This document shows, piece after piece, positions 40,197 to 53,508 of a DNA stretch of 64,000 bases. The position numbers were made by a program, and so were the translations under genes. Origin of the DNA: Vicugna vicugna (lineage: Eukaryota); contig MU058449.1 of assembly GCA_013265495.1 (NCBI GenBank), positions 482,176-546,175 of the forward strand, read 5' to 3'. The first letter of the stretch is position 1; each line of letters begins with the position of its first letter. The notes under the pieces are model-generated. The model worked only from the letters and a program-made list of their open reading frames with translations. It made no database searches and was not told where the DNA came from.

Positions 40197-41303
40197 AGGT
40201 CATGAAGGTATAGATGGGAATTGCTCAGGGAAAATGACCTCTGATCTTTCTCATCGATTGAAGTTTTCTCAGTCAGGACAGAATCTATGACTCCTAGGAT
40301 ATAGAATTTAGCTGCTTCTGTATACTCAGTCCATTTGCATTTACATATCAGTTCCACTAAAATACTTCTAAAAATCTCATTCATCACCTACTCCCTGTCC
40401 CCACTGACTTTCTTAACAATCCAGTGAACTAAACTTCAACTTCCGGGGCGGGGAGTGAAGGTCGGGAGGCACATTGTATCGTAGGAACTCTTTCTATATC
40501 TTTATTTGAACTCTAGCTGGGCTGAAAGTACTTTAAGGGCATTGCTCATGTCTAATGAAATTTGGTCTATACCACAATTCTTATAAATCATACTTGATCT
40601 TTGATTGATAGTTGAGATTGATTGATTTTTGAGTTTTGTATAAAATTGCATTCTTATTATACCTTTAGTCTATTGTGACCTTGGCTGGGCACTCAGAGGC
40701 ACATGATTTACCAAATTTTTCTGGGTTAGATATTAGCAGGAAATTTTACCAGGTCCCTGAATGATCATAAAGCAGATGACTGAAACCAGTTATAAAGAGT
40801 TTTAGGTGTTTTGAATGCTAGAAAGTTTTGGAACAAATGCAGTTTCTTGAGGAATTTGAAAGTGTTTGGTAGACAGGTTTAAGAGATTTCTCAGTCAATG
40901 GGAAAAACACATCAGTCCATTTGAATCACTTCCCCAGATCCCTCACTACCTAGTAGGCTCAGAGATCCAGACCCCTGAGTGTACACTTTGCCATATGGAA
41001 TAATAGAAGAGTGAGACATGAACATTGGCGCTGAACATTAGGTACCATAAACAAAATTTATTAAACTCTTACCTGGAAGAGTAATTTGTATAAGCACAAT
41101 TGTTTTACCAGCCCCCCCAAATGATTTATTTTAAAATCAGAAGAAAAAAATGTACTTAGAGATTAAAGAGAATGATTTACTATGAAACAGTAAATATATT
41201 TGTCTTTATACCATGAAGCAATGTGTATACATATAACACATATCTGGGAGAAGAACCCACCATAGTCATAATGTGATAATGCGGTCCTGATTAACCCACC
41301 TAC

Positions 41304-41402
41304 CTTAGCAAAGTCCAGTCCTTTAAGGTCTGTAGCAGGGGGCACTGGGAAGGCAAGGCACCATGGCAGGAAAATTGTAGCTTTGAAGATGTCAGGCTGC
41401 AT
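41304..41402 (-). CDS. MMP26: MMP26 coding exon 1 (signal peptide and start of propeptide)
   Basis: MQPDIFKATIFLPWCLAFPVPPATDLKGLDFAK (33 aa), followed by donor GTAGGT at 41303. Confidence 0.92.
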
Positions 41403-41459
41403 GGCAAAGCTCATTTCTCCCCAGCCTGAATTCATGTACCAAGCATGGATCAGCAGGAC

Positions 41460-41492
41460 TTTATAGCCATGCCAGCAATGCCCAGTGACTCA
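41460..41492 (-). promoter_or_regulatory. MMP26 proximal promoter: TATA box and AP-1 site
   Basis: TATAAA at 41465-41460 (about 60 nt upstream of the ATG) and a perfect TGAGTCA at 41492-41486, the typical MMP promoter layout. Confidence 0.75.
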
Positions 41493-42892
41493 CACTGCCA
41501 GTTTCTCCTTTCTTTGCATTGGTTCTTGCCGTCACTGCCCATTCTGGAATGAATGCAGAGCCAGCCTGCCAGAGTGATGCCAGCAGCCATGGGATTTATT
41601 TTCACCTCCATTTCACACCTGACAGCCCTCAGGACATATGGCCATAACCTTGGTTAAAGAAATACTGGAATATCTCAGATTTTTAGGGGATATTATTCTT
41701 TAAAAATAGAGGGGAAAAAAAAAAAGAAACAGGAGACATAGGAACAATTTATTAAAGCTTTATCTGATATAATTTCTTTACTAGTCACCGACAAATATCT
41801 TGCTCCAGAAGCTAAAAAGAGAAGTTGAGGAAGGGAATAGTATCCCCTGTAGTGAAGACTCAGGTCATAATATGAAAAAAAATCTCTGAGACCCTCCTAG
41901 GAGAGAGAGGAACCCACAGAAAGAGAAAGTTGCTGTGTTTGAGAATGTTTGAGAAAATACATCACTGGTAATAAATTGAGAGAGACACAGAGATAAGCAT
42001 ACACACCCATAAGGTTTGAGCTGATAACCTTTGAAATCACAGGTACGGGTCTGAATATCAGCTCTGCTACTTAAAAGCTGATTTGCCTTAGGCAAGTTAT
42101 TTAACATTATAAAGCCTGACTCTGACTTGTTCTTGAAATTCTGGTACAGAATTGTTAATAAGTGAAATCCCCATATGTTTACAGACTCATAAACTATACC
42201 ATAGACTCACTGAGGACAGAAACTTCTTTGATTTGCATTGACAGCTGTAGTACATTCTTTGGAACCTAAAAGGAACCCGTTATTTATTAGATGAATGAAA
42301 GTGTTCAGTGAAAGCATCTCATGGCCACTAATGAGACTGGATGTAAGTTCTTTGTGTCTATGTTGCTAGTGGTAAATATGAGCATGTAACTCAGATCTCT
42401 TGATGTACAGCAGAAGATAATCATAATAACTTATTAAGTACATACGCTGTGCCAATAATGCACTGTCTTGCTTCATGAGCACAACCATTTGTGAAGTAGA
42501 AGTTTTATTTTCATATTATTGTTCAAGAAAGGAGGCTTCATGTCATTTAACTGTCATTTAGATAGTCACAATGCTCAAAGTGATATGTAGACATTATAAA
42601 CAAAAAGTATTCTACTCTGAAAACAGCATTTTTAATCACTGGACTGGACTGCCAATTTCAAAGAGATTGCTCCATCTCTCGTGATGCCACAAGCTGCCGT
42701 GATGCTGTTTCTGGCACTCCCAGTGTGCAGCAGCAGTCTGGTTAGGCAGACTCAGGTGAGCAGTCACCTGTAAGACTGGCCCAGTGTTCAAGTAAATGAG
42801 TGCAGGATGCTGAGACCTAGGTAACCTACGAAAGTAAATAAGTGACTTATTAATGATTTAGCTACAGATAAGAAGTATATATTTGAAGTATA

Positions 42893-43057
42893 GCAGTGTT
42901 TCTCAAAATGTAATGTGAGTATGAATCATCTGAAGATGTTGTTAAAAGTACAGATTTTGATTTAAAAGGTCTCAGATGGGCCTAATATTTTTAGTTTCTA
43001 ACAAGCTCCTAAGCGATGCTAGTGCTGCTTGTCTGAAGATTATACTTTTTGAACAGT
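42893..43057. mobile_element. MER5-like hAT DNA transposon relic
   Basis: cagtgtttctcaaa start and tttctaacaagctcc...gatgctagtgctgct internal motif. Confidence 0.6.
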
Positions 43058-44479
43058 TATGATGTAGTGGCTGTTGAGAATGTAGGGAGTGTAGAAGCTG
43101 TGAATTCAACCAGATAATTTTGAGAATGGATACTAGATTTTTATATTTTGTTTAAAAAATGAGGACCTATGAGAAATAAGAACCCATGTCTCCTCCCACC
43201 CTCACCTATACTTTCACGCTCTTCATCATTCTCATAGCATCTGATGCCTGGGGATAGAAAAAAATCTGGCTTATGTCCAAAATCTTTCCCAGCAGAGTAT
43301 AGATTGTTTGCCAGCTCCTTCTGGGTAAACTGTCTCAGTGGCAGAAGGAAAAATATTTTTGAAGCACAGAAATATATGACCTCTGTTTCCGTGATTGAGG
43401 TAGTAAGGTGGCATAGGGAGATTTGGGGGGACATATTCCGGAGCTGAGAAATTATTGCCTTTGTCATGCCATCGATAACTCTGCTGGGAAAGGGTGACTC
43501 TATGTCTAATTCATCCTGAAATAGAAGAAATGTTTCCACAACTGAACCTGACTTGGTGCTTACACTGAGGAAAGAGTTACTGCTAGAGAGTGTAGGGGAT
43601 AATAAGAGATTGGAACGAGGGGACTGGGCAGGCATCAAAGTTCCTTTGGTGGTACTGAGCAACACAAATGTTTAATTATCATCCCATTTAATTATTTAAT
43701 TATGTAAGTGTACATTTTCTCTTCTAAAACTATCCTGCATTTACAATTTATTTTTTCTGTCCAGAGAATGCCATGCAATTTGTGATGCAAAGGTTATTAT
43801 GATACAAAGCCTGCCTTAAATTAGTTTACCAGCTCACAGAATGATCTGTAAATTGTACAATTGTGAGACAGTGACCAGCCTTGTAATAAATATATATACA
43901 AGTTAGACTCGAGACTAACTGGATGAGATGTTAACCTGCCTGGGTTGGGCAGAGGAAGTAAATAAAGGAGATGAAGTACTCTGGGTTTTATATTTTAAAA
44001 GTTTGTAGGAATTCAGAAGAAACAGAACCTTAGGTCATTACTTTTGGTTGGAGTATAGGTTTGTATTGAGCAAATCTCTTCCATGAAGATAAAAATTAAG
44101 AGAGATGTAAGAAACAGGCGAGGGTTTTAGAAGTCATGTAGAATAAATTATAGTCTTTACATTTTATAAATGTGTATTTGTATTATCAGTGTTTATTCAA
44201 ATAAATATAATAATAATTATAAAAATGATAACCACAATAATAAGGAGCAGCCAACTTTTACCAGTCATTAAGTGTCACACGCTATTTGCATGAATTGTTT
44301 CATTACTCCTCATTTTACAGACCAGGGAATTAAAACTCAGAGAGTTAAATAATTTTTCCAAAGTTGGGAAGCTTTAACTAGCAGAGTCTGCAATGTTTAC
44401 CTACAATACACACACATACATACACACGGGACACACATACACACACACACATATGCACACATATGTATTTTATAGAAAT

Positions 44480-47400
44480 TGTACATGTGTAACCAAACAT
44501 GGATCTGCCTACAGATCCAGAAGGAGCTCCACAACCTAGTTCCAACCTTGTTTGACCAATGTAAACAGAGGCATTTCTGTCTGCCCAGGGACCCAGCAAA
44601 AATCATGATAGTTGACACCTCTGTTAACAAGCTTAATGACTCATAAGCAGCCTTTTGACTTGGCTTGACCACAGTCCTAGAGATAGTCCTATCTGTTCAG
44701 AGACCTGGCAGAAGAAGGCCTTTTCCTGCCAAAACCAGACTATAAAGACCAGAAATGGTGACAGCTCCTTAAAATGCACAGACACCAATGCAAAGCTACA
44801 AGAATCATGAAGAATAAAGCAAATATGACACCAACAAATAAAACTAATAAAGCACCAGTAACTGACTGTATAGAAATGGAGCTCTGTGAACTGCTTGACA
44901 AAGAATTCAAAATAATAATTTTTAAAAAACTCAATAAACTGCAAGAAAACACAGACCACTAAACAAAATCAGAAAAATAATACAAGAACACAATGAGAAA
45001 TTAAAGAAATAAAAACCATAAAAAAGAACCAAAGAGAAATCCTGTAGCTGAAGAATGCAATTCATGAGCTGAAAATTCAATAGAAAACTTCAACAGCAGA
45101 CTTGATTAAACAAAAGAATCAGTGAGCTCGAAAAGAAATCATTTGAACTTATGCAGTTAGAGAAACAAAAAGGAAAAAAAAAAAGATGAGGAAAGCCTAC
45201 AGGGTTTACACAGCACCATCAAGAGAACCAATACATACATTATAAAAGTCCTAGAAAAAGAAACAGAGAAAGGGGCAGAAAGCTTATTTAAAGATGTAAT
45301 GGCTGAAACTTCTCAAATCTAGGAATGTTACTGACATCCAGATACGAGTAAAGGAACACAAATACGTTGAATACAAAGAGGTCTACACTGAGTCACGTTA
45401 TAATTAAATTATCAAAATAGAAAGATAAAGAAAAGATTTTAAATCAGCAAGGAAAAAAAGTGAATTGGCACATCCAAGACAGCCCCCAGAAGACTATCAG
45501 CAGATTTCTCACCTGTCCAGGAGAGAGTAGGATGATATAATCTAAGCATTAAGAAAATAAAATGCCAACCAAGAATGCTTTACCCATAAATCTGTCCTTT
45601 AAGAATGAAGGAGCGATAAAGACTTTACCAGACAAATAAAAACTAAGGGAGTTCGTCACCAATAGACCTGCCTTACAAGAAGTGTTTCATGTTGTTCTGG
45701 TTGAAGAACTTTAAGTTGAGGAACAAGCTGTTCCAGTTAAAGTTCAAGTAGAAGAACTTCAAAGAGTTCTTCAAGTTAAAGGAAAAGACACTAAACAACA
45801 TGAAAGTAAAAATCTCACTGATTTTGCCTAAGAAAATAAAAATGTCACTGTTAAATATATAAAGACAAATACAGAATATTATAAAACTGTAATGGTGGTG
45901 TATAAGTCACTTTTAACATTAATGTATAAATTTAAAGATAAAAGTAGTAAAAAAAAAAAGAAACAAACAAAACTATAATCACTGAAATTTGTTAATGAAG
46001 AAAACAGTATAGAAAAAAGAAAATTTTGAAATCAGTTACATAAAGTGTGCAGGCATAAAGAGGTGTAGAATTTTGGGATGCAGTTATAGTTAGTCGTTAG
46101 CTTAAAATAGACTGCTGTAGATATAAAATGTTTGATGTAAACCCCATGGTGAACATGTACACATACATACACACACACAATATACAGTAAATACACAAAA
46201 GATAAAAAACAAGAAAATGCTAAACACACAGAAAATATTTAACAAAATGGAAATAGTCATTCTTACCTTACTGTATAAATGAAGTTTGTAGTAATAAACA
46301 CCTACTTAAAAATGAAGATAACCTCAAATAAACAACCTAACTTTACAACTCAAAGAACTAAATAAAGAACAAACTGAGCCCAAAGTAATCAGGAAAAAGA
46401 AATTAAAAAGATGAGAGCAAAAATAAATAAGGTGGATAGTAGAGAAGTACTATTAAAATTAACAAAACAATTTCTTTTGTGAAAAGATAAACAAAATTGA
46501 TAAACCCTTAACTAGACTAAGTAAAAAGAGAGAAACCTAAAAGCAAGCAAATTAGAAGTGAAATAGATGTTACCACAGAAATAAAAAGATAATAAAAGAA
46601 TGTTATGAAAAATTATATACCAACAAATTGAACAACCTCAAAATAATAAATTCCTTCATAGAATCTATGAAGACTGAGTAAAAAAGAAATAGAAAGTCAT
46701 AAGACCTATAACAAATAAGATTGAAGGAGTAACGAAAAATGCCAGACAAAGAAAAGCCCAGGACCAGATGGCTTTACAAGCGATTTCTGCTAAACATTTA
46801 AGAAAGATTTAAAGAATTTATATCAATTATTTTTAAATTCTTTGTAAAAGTGGAAGTTATATCCTGAATTAGTTCTATGAGGCCAGCATCACTGTAATAC
46901 CAAAGCTAGACAAAGACACCACAAGAAGAGAAAGATACAGTACAATATCCCTGATGAACATCATGATGTCAAAATCCTCAACAAATTCTAGCAAACTAAA
47001 TACAACAGCACATTAAAAGAATCATACACCATAACCAAGTAAGACTCATCCCTGGGATGCAAGGATGGTTCAACATATACAAATTGATAAGTGTGATACT
47101 CTACCTCACAAAATGAAGGGTAAAAATCACATGATCATCTCAATAGATGTATAAAAAGCATTTAGTAAAATTCAGTACTTTTAGTAAAACTCAAAAAACT
47201 CTCAAAAATTAGATATAGAAGAAACTTACCTTAACTCAACAAAGGCACTTTAAGAAAAGCCCACAGCTTACATCTTACTCGGTGGTGGAAAGCTGAAAGC
47301 ATTCCCTTTAAGATCTAGAACAAATCAAGGATGCCTCCTCTCATTTCTTCTTTTCAACATAATACTGAAAGATCTAGTCAGAGCAATGAGGCAAGAAAAA

Positions 47401-47665
47401 GAAATAAAAGACATCCAAATCAGAAAGGAAGTAAAACTATCTCTGTTTGTAGGTGATACAGTGATCTTATACGTAGAACACCCTAGACTCCACACGTGCA
47501 CACACATACACATACACACACACATACACACACACATACACACACACACAAATGTTAGAATTAGAAAGCAAATTCAGTAAGGTAACAGGATACAAAAAGC
47601 ATACAAAAATTAGTGACCTATTCAAAAAGGAAATTCAGAAAATGATTTCATTTACAATGGCATTC
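44480..47665 (+). mobile_element. Degenerate L1 with ORF1 and part of ORF2
   Basis: ORF1-like (ELLDKEFKIIIFKKLNKLQENTD) and ORF2-like ([19 protein letters not shown]) segments with many indels. Confidence 0.85.
47491..47549. repeat. (CA)n/(CACATA)n microsatellite inside L1
   Basis: Read directly from the sequence. Confidence 0.9.
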
Positions 47666-47690
47666 CTTCACACTTGCCTAGTTTTGATGG

Positions 47691-48040
47691 TGCAATGGAC
47701 TTAATATTTGTTTATGTTTCCCTAAAATTCATGTGTTGAAATTCTAACCCCCAATGTGATGATATTAGAATGTAGGGCCTTTGGGAAGGTAATTGGGTAA
47801 TAAGGATGGAGCCCTCATAAATGGGATTAACACTCTTATAGAAGAAACCTCCAAAGAATTCTCTAGTCCTCTTTCTGCTGTATGATATAGCAAAAAGACT
47901 GCTGTCTTCATCAGATGCCCAGTCTACAGGCACCTTGATCTTGGACTTCTCAGTCTCCAGGATTGTGAGAAATAAGTATTTGTTGTTTAAGTTGCCCAGT
48001 CTATGGTATTTTTGTTCTAACAACCCAGATGGACTAGACA
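47691..48040 (+). mobile_element. MaLR LTR (MLT1-like)
   Basis: Diagnostic aaattcatgtgttgaaattctaacccccaatgtgatg and tgttgtttaagttgcccagtctatggtatttttgtt segments. Confidence 0.8.
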
Positions 48041-48459
48041 GATAGTAAATAGACAACTGCAGAAGCCACAGTTTGAGAAATGTATGGTGACCAAAGATGA
48101 AGTGCTGGCTGATGCTGGCAAGAATCAAAAATGAACAGTAGAAAAAGAAGTAATATATAACAGTTGTGACCTCACAACTGCTATTGTAAGGGGCTATAGA
48201 TCATTCCACTAACCACCCTCTTTTGTTAGTTCCCAATTTTTTTTTTTAAAGCCATATGAATCCTTGGAGAAGCTGCTTCCAAAATGCCAAAATGTATTAC
48301 TGATGCTTGTAGATTCAAGCATGCAAGGAGTGCACTGTCTATACCATCCAGATCTCCTGTTCTGCCAGACTTGAAGCACTCATTTCTCTACAGAGAGTGT
48401 TAACAAGTGATAGATCTCATCTGAGTCCTTCTTGGGAACTGCTGTCTTCATATTGAAGC

Positions 48460-48998
48460 TGTTGCAGGAAAATGGGGCATGAGAGGATGGTCGTGAACCA
48501 GGTCTCTGAGTCCTTGGAACACACCCTGCCAAGTGAGGGTTCTTGGCTTCAGGCAGGAAAGAATTCAAGAGGGAGCCATAGTAAAGTGAAAGCAAGTTTA
48601 TTTAGAGAGATACGCACTCCATAGACAGAGTGCAGGCCATCTCACTCAGAAGGGAGAGCAGCCAGGAGGTGTGGAGGTTGTTAGCTTGTATGGGCTGGGC
48701 AATTTCATGTGCTAATGGGGAGGAGGATTATTCCAGCTATGTTATGGGTGGGGATTTCCAGGAATTGGGCTCCCGCCCACTTTTTGGCCTTTTGGGGTCA
48801 GCCTGGGAACTGTGTGGTGCCTAATATATTTAGCATGCTAATATATTAGGATGAGCGTATAATGAGGGTCAGGGTCTACCTCGAGTTGAATTTTTCGCCA
48901 TCGTGGGCCTAGTCGAGTTTTAACCAATTTATGTCCTGTCCTCAGTTGCTGTGTCATTCTTTTAAGGATTGTACCCTGCCCCCTTCCCTCCTTTCTCA
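48460..48998 (-). mobile_element. ERV1-type solo LTR
   Basis: TG...CA termini, perfect TSD AAGC, and a minus-strand AATAAA at about 48600. Confidence 0.8.
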
Positions 48999-51900
48999 AA
49001 GCCACCTCACCTAAAATCCTGTCTCCTCTCTGTGGACAGACAACATCTAATGGCCAGTTAATGGGTAGTTTAAAAGGCCCATATTTTTCTTTAATTCAGG
49101 ACAATTCTAAAAGGTCATCTCAGTTCCAGAGATCTCTGCAGGATTGAATGTGGCCTTTATTATAATTGAATGGAGTTTAATCTTAGCAATGTTCTCCTAG
49201 GGCAGTCTATCCCAACAATTAAATGGAGTTTAACTTCTCCCTCCACTAGTTCTATCGTATTCTTTCCCCCTAGATATTTAATCTCAGGGCACTCTCCAAA
49301 TAAACTTCTGCACACAAATGTTCACCTCAGTGTTCCATGCAAAAGGAACCCAACTTGTGACCAACGTTAACAAAGACAAATACAAGTGACACAAAAAAAA
49401 AATTAATTGCAAGTCACATCATAATAAAAGATTTTATAATATAGATAGGACTCCCACAAACTAATAACTATTTTTTAAAAAGATGTATTTGACTAGCCTC
49501 TAAAAAGAAATTCAAATATAAAATGTGACAACAGATCCAGACAGCCACAGCAGTTGCTCTGAAATTGCAGGTGAGGGAGCAATTAATTCTGCTTCATGGA
49601 ATAGAGGGGCCTTCTGGGGTATTAACTGTAAATGGCTAATTCATATGCATAATGGGAATTCAGTTGAACTCTCCTTGAATTAACTCATTTAAGGACTTGC
49701 CTATGGGTTTTTTAGTCTTTCTGGGTACAGCTTCCTGAATTGTCATCCCCAGAGACCCTTATTATACTAAAACTGCAGCAGCAGAGAAGGACTAGATTCA
49801 CACTGTCATGATCAGTCCTTGTGCCAAACAACTGGGATTGCGGTGCCTTCATCCTGAGTTCATCTTTTTTTCCACCCTGAAATGTAAATGCAGTGGCCAA
49901 CACCTTGATAAGTACTTGAAAACCCTCATGTTGTAATCATGGATTTTATCAGTCAAGAACATAAAGATGTGTATCTTATTCCTAAGAAGCTGTTATGCCT
50001 TTACTGTTTAATAACTGCTTCAATCTCTGGATATACTCAACACCTGAAACAGTATGGATAACACTACCATGCTGATTACATAAAGAATATGATAAACAAT
50101 CTCATTTAATAATTCTCAGATAAATAATGAACTTTATTCTAACTCCATCCTTTAAAGATATTCTGTATCTGTTACTTAAACTGCAATATTTACGTATTTG
50201 CAAACCAGAGAATTGGGTTGGGAAGGCTTTCTGAACTGAAAACAACATACTGGGAAAATCTCTGTACAGTATTCTGCTTTGCTCTAGGCTCTCTAAAAAA
50301 TGTTGCCCTTTAGAGCAAATAAAATAGCTTTTCTAGGGTATATTATTATCTAAAGAAAGCCATAATTTTTTTTTTTGGTAGTTCAGGGCAAGTAGAGGTT
50401 GATAATGAAGAGTAATGTGCTTTTTGAAAAATTTATTACTTCATTTTTCTTGATTGATCAGTGGACAGATAAGTTTTAATTCTATTAAGATAACTGATAT
50501 GAACACAGAGTTATTCATAGGATTTGGTATGGAAAGATTTATAACTCAGAGCTCAAAATGTTTAAATTGTTGAAAAGATTCAGAACTATTAAAGAGATTA
50601 CTATATGTCAAAAACAACACCAAGTTACAGGCAACCTATGACGTTGGGGATAAAGTTTGCCAGATGACCTCTGGGAGAAAATTGCAAGAGAATCAGTCTC
50701 CATTTAGCCAAGGAGGAACTGCTTGGAGTAGGGGTGGAGGCATTGACAAGGAAGGCTGATGTTAAAGACTGATCTGGTGAGTTTAACAGACAAGTCAGGC
50801 AGAAGAAGATCCCCAAGCAGCAAAGAAATATTCTCCTCAAACATCTCACTTAGCCCTGGAAGTCTGATGCCATCTGTCCTGGAGAGAGAGAGAGAGCCAA
50901 TCTCTCTTTAACTGTATGATTACACAGATCAAACAAGCAAAACTCTTGCGCAGTCTCTGTTGGAATAAAACTTGTTTTCCTTTGAACATTTATCTCACTC
51001 CTTTCAGTTTAGCGTCATAAGCAAGTTTTGGAAATTCTAAGACTAGACCTAACAGGTAGCCCTCCACTGATAGTTGTATGCCTTGGCACAACTGGATGGA
51101 TTAGTGTTTAGGCAGACATATCGCAATGGTATTAGTCACAGTATAAAGTTTATTCATTGCCATTCTATCAATTTTTATGAGTCTCCCAAAGTGTAAGATG
51201 AACACTATCCAAACAGCTGCCAGGTTTTTTTTTCCTTTTTTTTTTAATGCATGTAATTTATTATAAAATCCAGGACTTCCTAGGCATTTCTTTCTAATTG
51301 TCTGTCTTCTTGATATCTAATGTCTAAGGGAAATAAATGTCACTAAAATGTTACAAACAACCTAGAAATAGAAGTATTTTAGACAGAGGAAAATAATTAT
51401 AGCAAGATGGAGGTGGAATCCAAACCAGAAAATTCAGTTCAGGAAGCAGTTACAACAGTTCAGAAACAATTGAAAGTGGATTGCAGTCATTAGAGTTTGA
51501 GACTGCAGGAGGAGAAAAATTGCAGAAAATAAATGGTTAAGAACGTGAACATGAGCTTTAGGAATTCTCCATCATGGCCACATGATTATAGTAACACAGC
51601 AGTTGAAGATGTAAGTAGATAAGAATAATAGTACTAAGAAATTGCCTAAATATTTCAGATCTGAGAAATACTATCAAAATCCCACAACAAGGATTGATGA
51701 TAAAACCTGCAATTAGCTCTAGTGTATTATTGAATAAATTGATACATTAATCCACTATTTTACAAACAGCACAAGATCAAATATTTTTCAACAAAATTAA
51801 TTTTTCCTGAACATAAGCTTTAACAATTTATATTTCTAAAATTGTATTTAAATTTTGAAGGAGCATTTTATTCAATATGGTGTAGTAAGCTGAATCAGGT

Positions 51901-52006
51901 ATGTCAATTTCCACTACACACCAAACATGTAACGACAATAGATACAATAAAAAATGATAAGAAATACATCACCATGCTTCTTAGGTCAAACAAATAGAAA
52001 ATACAT

Positions 52007-52052
52007 GATAGATAGACAGACTTAGATAGACAGACAGACAGACAGATAGATA
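52007..52052. repeat. (GATA)/(GACA) tetranucleotide repeat
   Basis: Read directly from the sequence. Confidence 0.85.
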
Positions 52053-52648
52053 ATTATGAGATGCAGTGTAAAAACATATAACTGTGTGCTGAAATTGAAT
52101 CCAGAAAAAATGACCAGGTATTTTTGAGAGGCAGAAAAGAAGATTTGAGAAAAGAAAACTAAAACCCATGTTTACATGAGAAGACATTGTTTGAAAATAC
52201 ATTGCTTATCTCTGAATTTTATGTAAAGTCATTGAACTTTTAATGAAATTCTTAACAGTACAAAAATAATTGCATTTACACAAGAAAAACAAAACTTCCA
52301 AATTCTTAAATTGAAAAATAGCACTTGTATAATTGTCTAGTTGAACCATTGGCACTTGTTTTGAACTTGTGTCTTTTATAATCCATGTGTTGTTAAGTTT
52401 CAATTTTAATATCAATTTGTTTTCTTTTTCTCTGGGTTTTCATTTTTAGTTGAATATTGCTATCTACCTCTGTACCTATCTATTTTTCTCCATTTAGATT
52501 TGTACCTAAGAATTATGTGAACATCACCTGGATTCACAAGACCTCAATGATTGTAATAGGATAGAGTCAGTCATTTGAGTGAGTCTCTTTTCACCATTGC
52601 AGGAAGCCTCTCCTGAACGTCTCATGTTGATTTCCTTGTATACCTGGC

Positions 52649-53508
52649 ATATCCACCTTCAACACCTCTGAAATTGGTGTCTCTGCCTTCTTCCTCATTG
52701 GGATCCCAGGGATGGAGTCTGCCACCATTTGGGTCTCCATCCCCATTTGCCTTATGTACCTTGTTGCCATCCTGGGGAACTGACCCGTCCTCATTTTCAT
52801 AAAAATGGAGCCTTCTCGGCATGAACCCATGAACTATTTTCTCTCCATGTTAGCTCTCTCTGACTTGGGACTGTCCCACTCCTCTCTCCCTGCTATGCTT
52901 AGAATATTCTTGTTCAGTGCTCCAGGAATTTCCTCTGATGCCTGTATTGCCCAAGAGTTTTTCATTCATGGATTCCCAGCTATGGAATCATCAGTACTTC
53001 TCATGTTTTTTGATCACTTTATTACCATCTGCAATCCTCTGAGATACACCTCCATCCTAACCAGTGCCAGAGTCATGAAAATAGGGCTTGTTTTTTCTCT
53101 CAGAAATATTTTATTGATCCTTCCTTTTCCTTTAACTTTAAGACATCCAAGATACTGTAAGAAGAACCTCCTTACAAGGTTAATGTCATCTATGGCTTAT
53201 TTGTAGCTCTCACAGGCATTCTAGACTTCACATTTATTTTCATGTCCTACATGCTGATACTTAAAGCCATGCTGAGCATCAGATCACAGAGGGAAAGGCT
53301 CAAGGTCCTCAATACATGTGTTTCCCACATCTGTGCTGTGCTTATCTTCTATGTTCCCATTATCTCCTTAGCTGTCATCTACCTGTTTGCCAAACACAGT
53401 TCCCCAATCATGAGGATCCTCATGGCTGATGTTTTCCTGCTGGTACCGCCATTGATGAACCCCATTGTATACTGTGTGAAGAGCCAACAGATAAGAAATC
53501 TGGTTTTA
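52649..53508 (+). pseudogene. OR51A-subfamily pseudogene, main part
   Basis: Start codon is ATA (ATA TCC ACC TTC AAC ACC TCT GAA). TGA at 52781 replaces the Cys of GNC, DR has become DH, and a frameshifting deletion removes SHSYCLHQDVMKLACSD near 53173. It ends ...[11 protein letters not shown] at the L1 insertion. Confidence 0.92.

Noticed and set aside
43141..43665. 174-aa ORF with a YFCAS motif reminiscent of an Ig/TCR V segment and a weak downstream RSS-like pattern
   Set aside because: Non-ATG start, no first Cys or Trp of a V domain, a poor heptamer and nonamer placed too far from the Cys, and Ser-rich low-complexity composition; most likely chance.
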